Of a stretch of DNA of 64,000 bases, positions 61,558 through 64,000 are shown in pieces. A model generated the notes under the pieces. The model did not search any database, was not told where the DNA came from, and saw only the letters and a list, made by a program, of their open reading frames with translations. The position numbers and the translations under genes were made by a program. The DNA is from an uncultured delta proteobacterium (GTDB lineage Bacteria > Desulfobacterota > Binatia > DP-6), in NCBI GenBank assembly GCA_963815115.1, contig CAWFFN010000007.1, positions 736,001 through 800,000 of the forward strand. Reading direction: 5' to 3'. Position 1 is the first letter of the stretch. Every line of letters begins with the position of its first letter.

Positions 61558-63162
61558 TCATGGCGGGCTCGTGCCGCGTGACCGCCGGGACTCCCCCTCC
61601 CACACGCGTGCCCAGCGCAGGAACACGTAGAAGGCGTCGGTGGCCGCCACGAAGAGTCCCGGCACGCCCTCGAGGATGCCCCTTCTCAGGAACGCGGAGC
61701 GGACGAAGCGCCACGCCGGCTCGCCCACCAGCCGGCCGAGGCCGACCCGCCGCCCCGCCGGCACCTGGGCCGCCGCCACCGCGGTCAGGCGCGCGACGCT
61801 GCGCAGGTGGCCGGCGGCGTCGGGGTAGGTGTAGTGCAGGAGGGGTGCGTGCAGCCGGACCACGCGGCCGCGCACCTCCAGGCGGTCGTGCGGGTCGACG
61901 CCGCCCCACGCCGCGTGTGTCCGGCGCACGAGCCGGATCCTCGGGCGCGGGTACCAGCCGCCGCGGTACCACCAGCGTCCGAGATAGGGCACCAGGCGCG
62001 GCACGGCGAAGCCGTCGACGCCGGCGCCGACGGCCGCGAGCGCGCCGCGGATCTCCGTCGCCAGCTCGGGCGTCACGCGCTCGTCCGCGTCGAGGCTGAG
62101 CACCCAGGGCGCCTGCGCCGCCTCGAGCGCGAACTGCTTCTGGGCCCGGTAGCCGGGCCAGGGATGCTCGATCACGCTGGGCGTGAAGCGGCGCGCGATG
62201 GCGACGGTCGCGTCCCGCGACCCGCCGTCGACCACGACCAGCTCGTCGCACCACGCCGCGCTCTCCAGGCACGCCGCGATGTGCGCCGCCTCGTCCTGGC
62301 ACACGACGGCGCAGGCGACGGGCTCGCGGGCGATCGCCTGCGGCGTCTGTCCGGCGCCGCGCTCCTTGCGGGCCGCCGCCGCCACGACCGCGGCGGCCCA
62401 GGTCCGGCGCTCCGCGCGGGTCGCACCCGGACCGAGGTAGGCGCGCAGGACGCGCAGCCGCATGGTCGCGCTCGCCTCGCGCCCGAGGGTGCGCTCGAGC
62501 TGGACGAGGTTCTTGATGCGCCGGCGCCGGCCCGCGCCGCGCCGACGCGCACGCGCTCGAGGTCGAGCAGCACGAAGTCGGGGGCATCGGCGGCGCCGCG
62601 CACGAGCACGTTCACGTCCTTCAGGTCGTTGTGGTAGACGCCGGCCGCGTGCAGGCGGCGGAAGAGATCGCCGAGGCGGACCGCGAAGCGGCGCCGCCCG
62701 GCCGCCGGCGCCCCGCCGAGTGCGGCCCAGTAGCGGTCGGCCGTCAGCGCGCCCGTCACCTCGCGGGTGACGAAGAAGCTCCGGCGCAGCATGCCGAGCC
62801 GCCGCTCCTCCACGGCCGCCACCACCTCGGGCACGCCGAAGCCCAGCGCCGCGAGCGTGCCGCGCGGCGACGAACGCCCGGCGCGCCGGCGACGCGCGGC
62901 CGATGCTGCCGAGCGCGATGCGCCAGGCGTGCACGTTGTAGCGCTTCACGTAGAGCGAGCCGGCGGCCGTCGCGACCCGGCCGACCATGACCTTGCGCTG
63001 CAGCTTCACCACGCGGCAGTCCGGCCCGGTGAGCAGGCGGTCGGGATCCACGTCGGGACCGATCGCGACGTGCGGATCGACGCCCGGCGCCAGCCAGGCT
63101 CGCAGCGCGCCGGCCCGCACCTGTCGGGCCTCCTCCTGGCCGGCCCGCACCTCAGCGCCCAT
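61558..63162 (-). CDS. LPS kinase (Kdo/WaaP family) fused to GT2 (WaaE/KdtX-like); two compensating frameshifts (~62860, ~62540)
   Basis: Kinase motifs YVKRY, LHAAGVYHNDLKDVN, VLLDLE; GT2 motifs VVVDGGSRD, WPGYRAQKQFA, LSLDADE, LLHYTY. Confidence 0.78.
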   Translation of the reverse strand: MGAEVRAGQEEARQVRAGALRAWLAPGVDPHVAIGPDVDPDRLLTGPDCRVVKLQRKVMVGRVATAAGSLYVKRYNVHAWRIALGSIGRASPARRAFVAARHARGAGLRRARGGGGRGGAAARHAAPELLRHPRGDGRADGRPLLGRTRRGAGGRAAPLRGPPRRSLPPPARGRRLPQRPEGRERARARRRRCPRLRAARPRARARRRGAGRRRRIKNLVQLERTLGREASATMRLRVLRAYLGPGATRAERRTWAAAVVAAAARKERGAGQTPQAIAREPVACAVVCQDEAAHIAACLESAAWCDELVVVDGGSRDATVAIARRFTPSVIEHPWPGYRAQKQFALEAAQAPWVLSLDADERVTPELATEIRGALAAVGAGVDGFAVPRLVPYLGRWWYRGGWYPRPRIRLVRRTHAAWGGVDPHDRLEVRGRVVRLHAPLLHYTYPDAAGHLRSVARLTAVAAAQVPAGRRVGLGRLVGEPAWRFVRSAFLRRGILEGVPGLFVAATDAFYVFLRWARVWEGESRRSRGTSPP

Positions 63163-64000
63163 CGGCGACCTCGGCGAGCAGCGACTCGACGCGCTCGACG
63201 TGCACGTCCCACGGCAGGGCCTCGGCACGCCGCCGTGCCGCGCGCGCGAGGGCGTCGTGCTCGGGTCCGAGCGCCCGCCGACGAGCGCGCCGCCGAGCGC
63301 GTCGAGGTCCTCGGGGTCGTCGACCACCAGCGACTCGAGCGCGCCCGTCGAGCAGCTCCGCCGCGCCGGCACGCCGGCTCGTGACGACCGGGAACGCCCG
63401 CCGCGCACGCCTCCAGGACGACGTTGCCGAACGCCTCCTGGCGCGACGGCGACGCACGCCACGTCCGCGGCCGCCAGCACGGCATCCACGTCCGCGGCGT
63501 GGTCCGGTGACCACCACCCGCCCCGCGAGCGCCGGCTCCGCCGCCCGGCGCCGCCAGGATGCGAGCCGCTCGTCGTCGCCGACCAGCACGAGGCGCCGTC
63601 CCCGGCGGCGGCGAGCGTCGCCAGAGCGCGAGCAGCAGATCGAAGCCCTTGCGCCAGAAGCCGGAGCCGATGGCCGCGCAGAGCGACGCGTCGGCCGCGA
63701 CGCCGAGCTCGCGCCGCAGCGGCGGTCCCAGCGCGGCGCGCCGTGCCGGGATGGAAGCGCTCGCCGTCGACCCCGTTGTAGATGACGGCGACCCGCGCGG
63801 GCGGCACGCCGTAGTCGCCGCGCGATCTCCCGGGCGGCCAGGGCCGAGACCGTGAGGACGCGCCGGTATGCGCCCGCCGCGAGCTGCCGCGCCTCGAGCC
63901 AGAGCATCGCGCGGTGGTACGGGCCGCGCGCGCCGCCGAGCGCAGGCCGGCCGCCTCCATGCGCGCGAGGTAGCTCCGGTGCGTCCCGCCGCCGACCCGG
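63152..64000 (-). CDS. GT4 (WaaG-like) glycosyltransferase, partial, several frameshifts
   Basis: VIYNGVD.ERFHP, QEAFGNVVLEACAAGVP and VVTSRRAGAAE lie in different frames; 5' end is beyond the window. Confidence 0.75.
   Translation of the reverse strand, partial: PGRRRDAPELPRAHGGGRPALGGARGPYHRAMLWLEARQLAAGAYRRVLTVSALAAREIARRLRRAARAGRRHLQRGRRRALPSRHGAPRWDRRCGASSASRPTRRSARPSAPASGARASICCSRSGDARRRRGRRLVLVGDDERLASWRRRAAEPALAGRVVVTGPRRGRGCRAGGRGRGVRRRRARRRSATSSWRRARRAFPVVTSRRAGAAELLDGRARVAGGRRPRGPRRARRRARRRALGPEHDALARAARRRAEALPWDVHVERVESLLAEVADGR

Noticed and set aside
62500-64000. Multiple frameshifts as programmed frameshifting or phase variation in LPS genes
   Set aside because: The indels are scattered, not in long simple repeats, and become denser toward the window end, consistent with low-quality assembly.

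Overview
A very GC-rich bacterial chromosome segment from a diderm with LPS genes. Gene order looks deltaproteobacteria-like, possibly Binatota/Myxococcota-type (inference only). The first ~18.5 kb is accessory: tRNA-Leu(TAA) followed by a BrnT/BrnA toxin-antitoxin pair, an Nramp-related transporter with a soluble MgtE-N/CBS partner, GFA proteins, a hemerythrin, secreted hydrolases, a sulfatase, ypfJ-PCD-MBL, tRNA-Cys, NDH-2 and initiator tRNA-fMet. The rest is mostly core genes: lnt-murJ on the plus strand, then minus-strand runs AAA+/VWA-mutS-glnD-xerD-S2P-trpS-scpAB-rluB and pgi-mutL-miaA-pheA-hisC-tyrA-aroA-cmk-rpsA-ihfB-HIT. After hldC-rpmB come an intact REP-associated tyrosine transposase (RAYT) and an LPS glycosyltransferase cluster running into hldA-yicC-NMP kinase-rel-ridA. 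The most notable observations are: an archaeal-type cytidylate-kinase homologue where gmk-rpoZ normally sits, although a bacterial cmk is also present; a RAYT plus a perfect 28-bp REP doublet; a split Nramp/MgtE Mg2+ module; an LPS kinase-GT2 fusion; two sigma54 promoters; and a 54-aa ORF missing from the ORF track. Single-base frameshifts in scpA, scpB and the last 1.5 kb look like assembly errors. I saw no CRISPR array, rRNA or prophage. All calls come from reading motifs by eye; no database searches were run.
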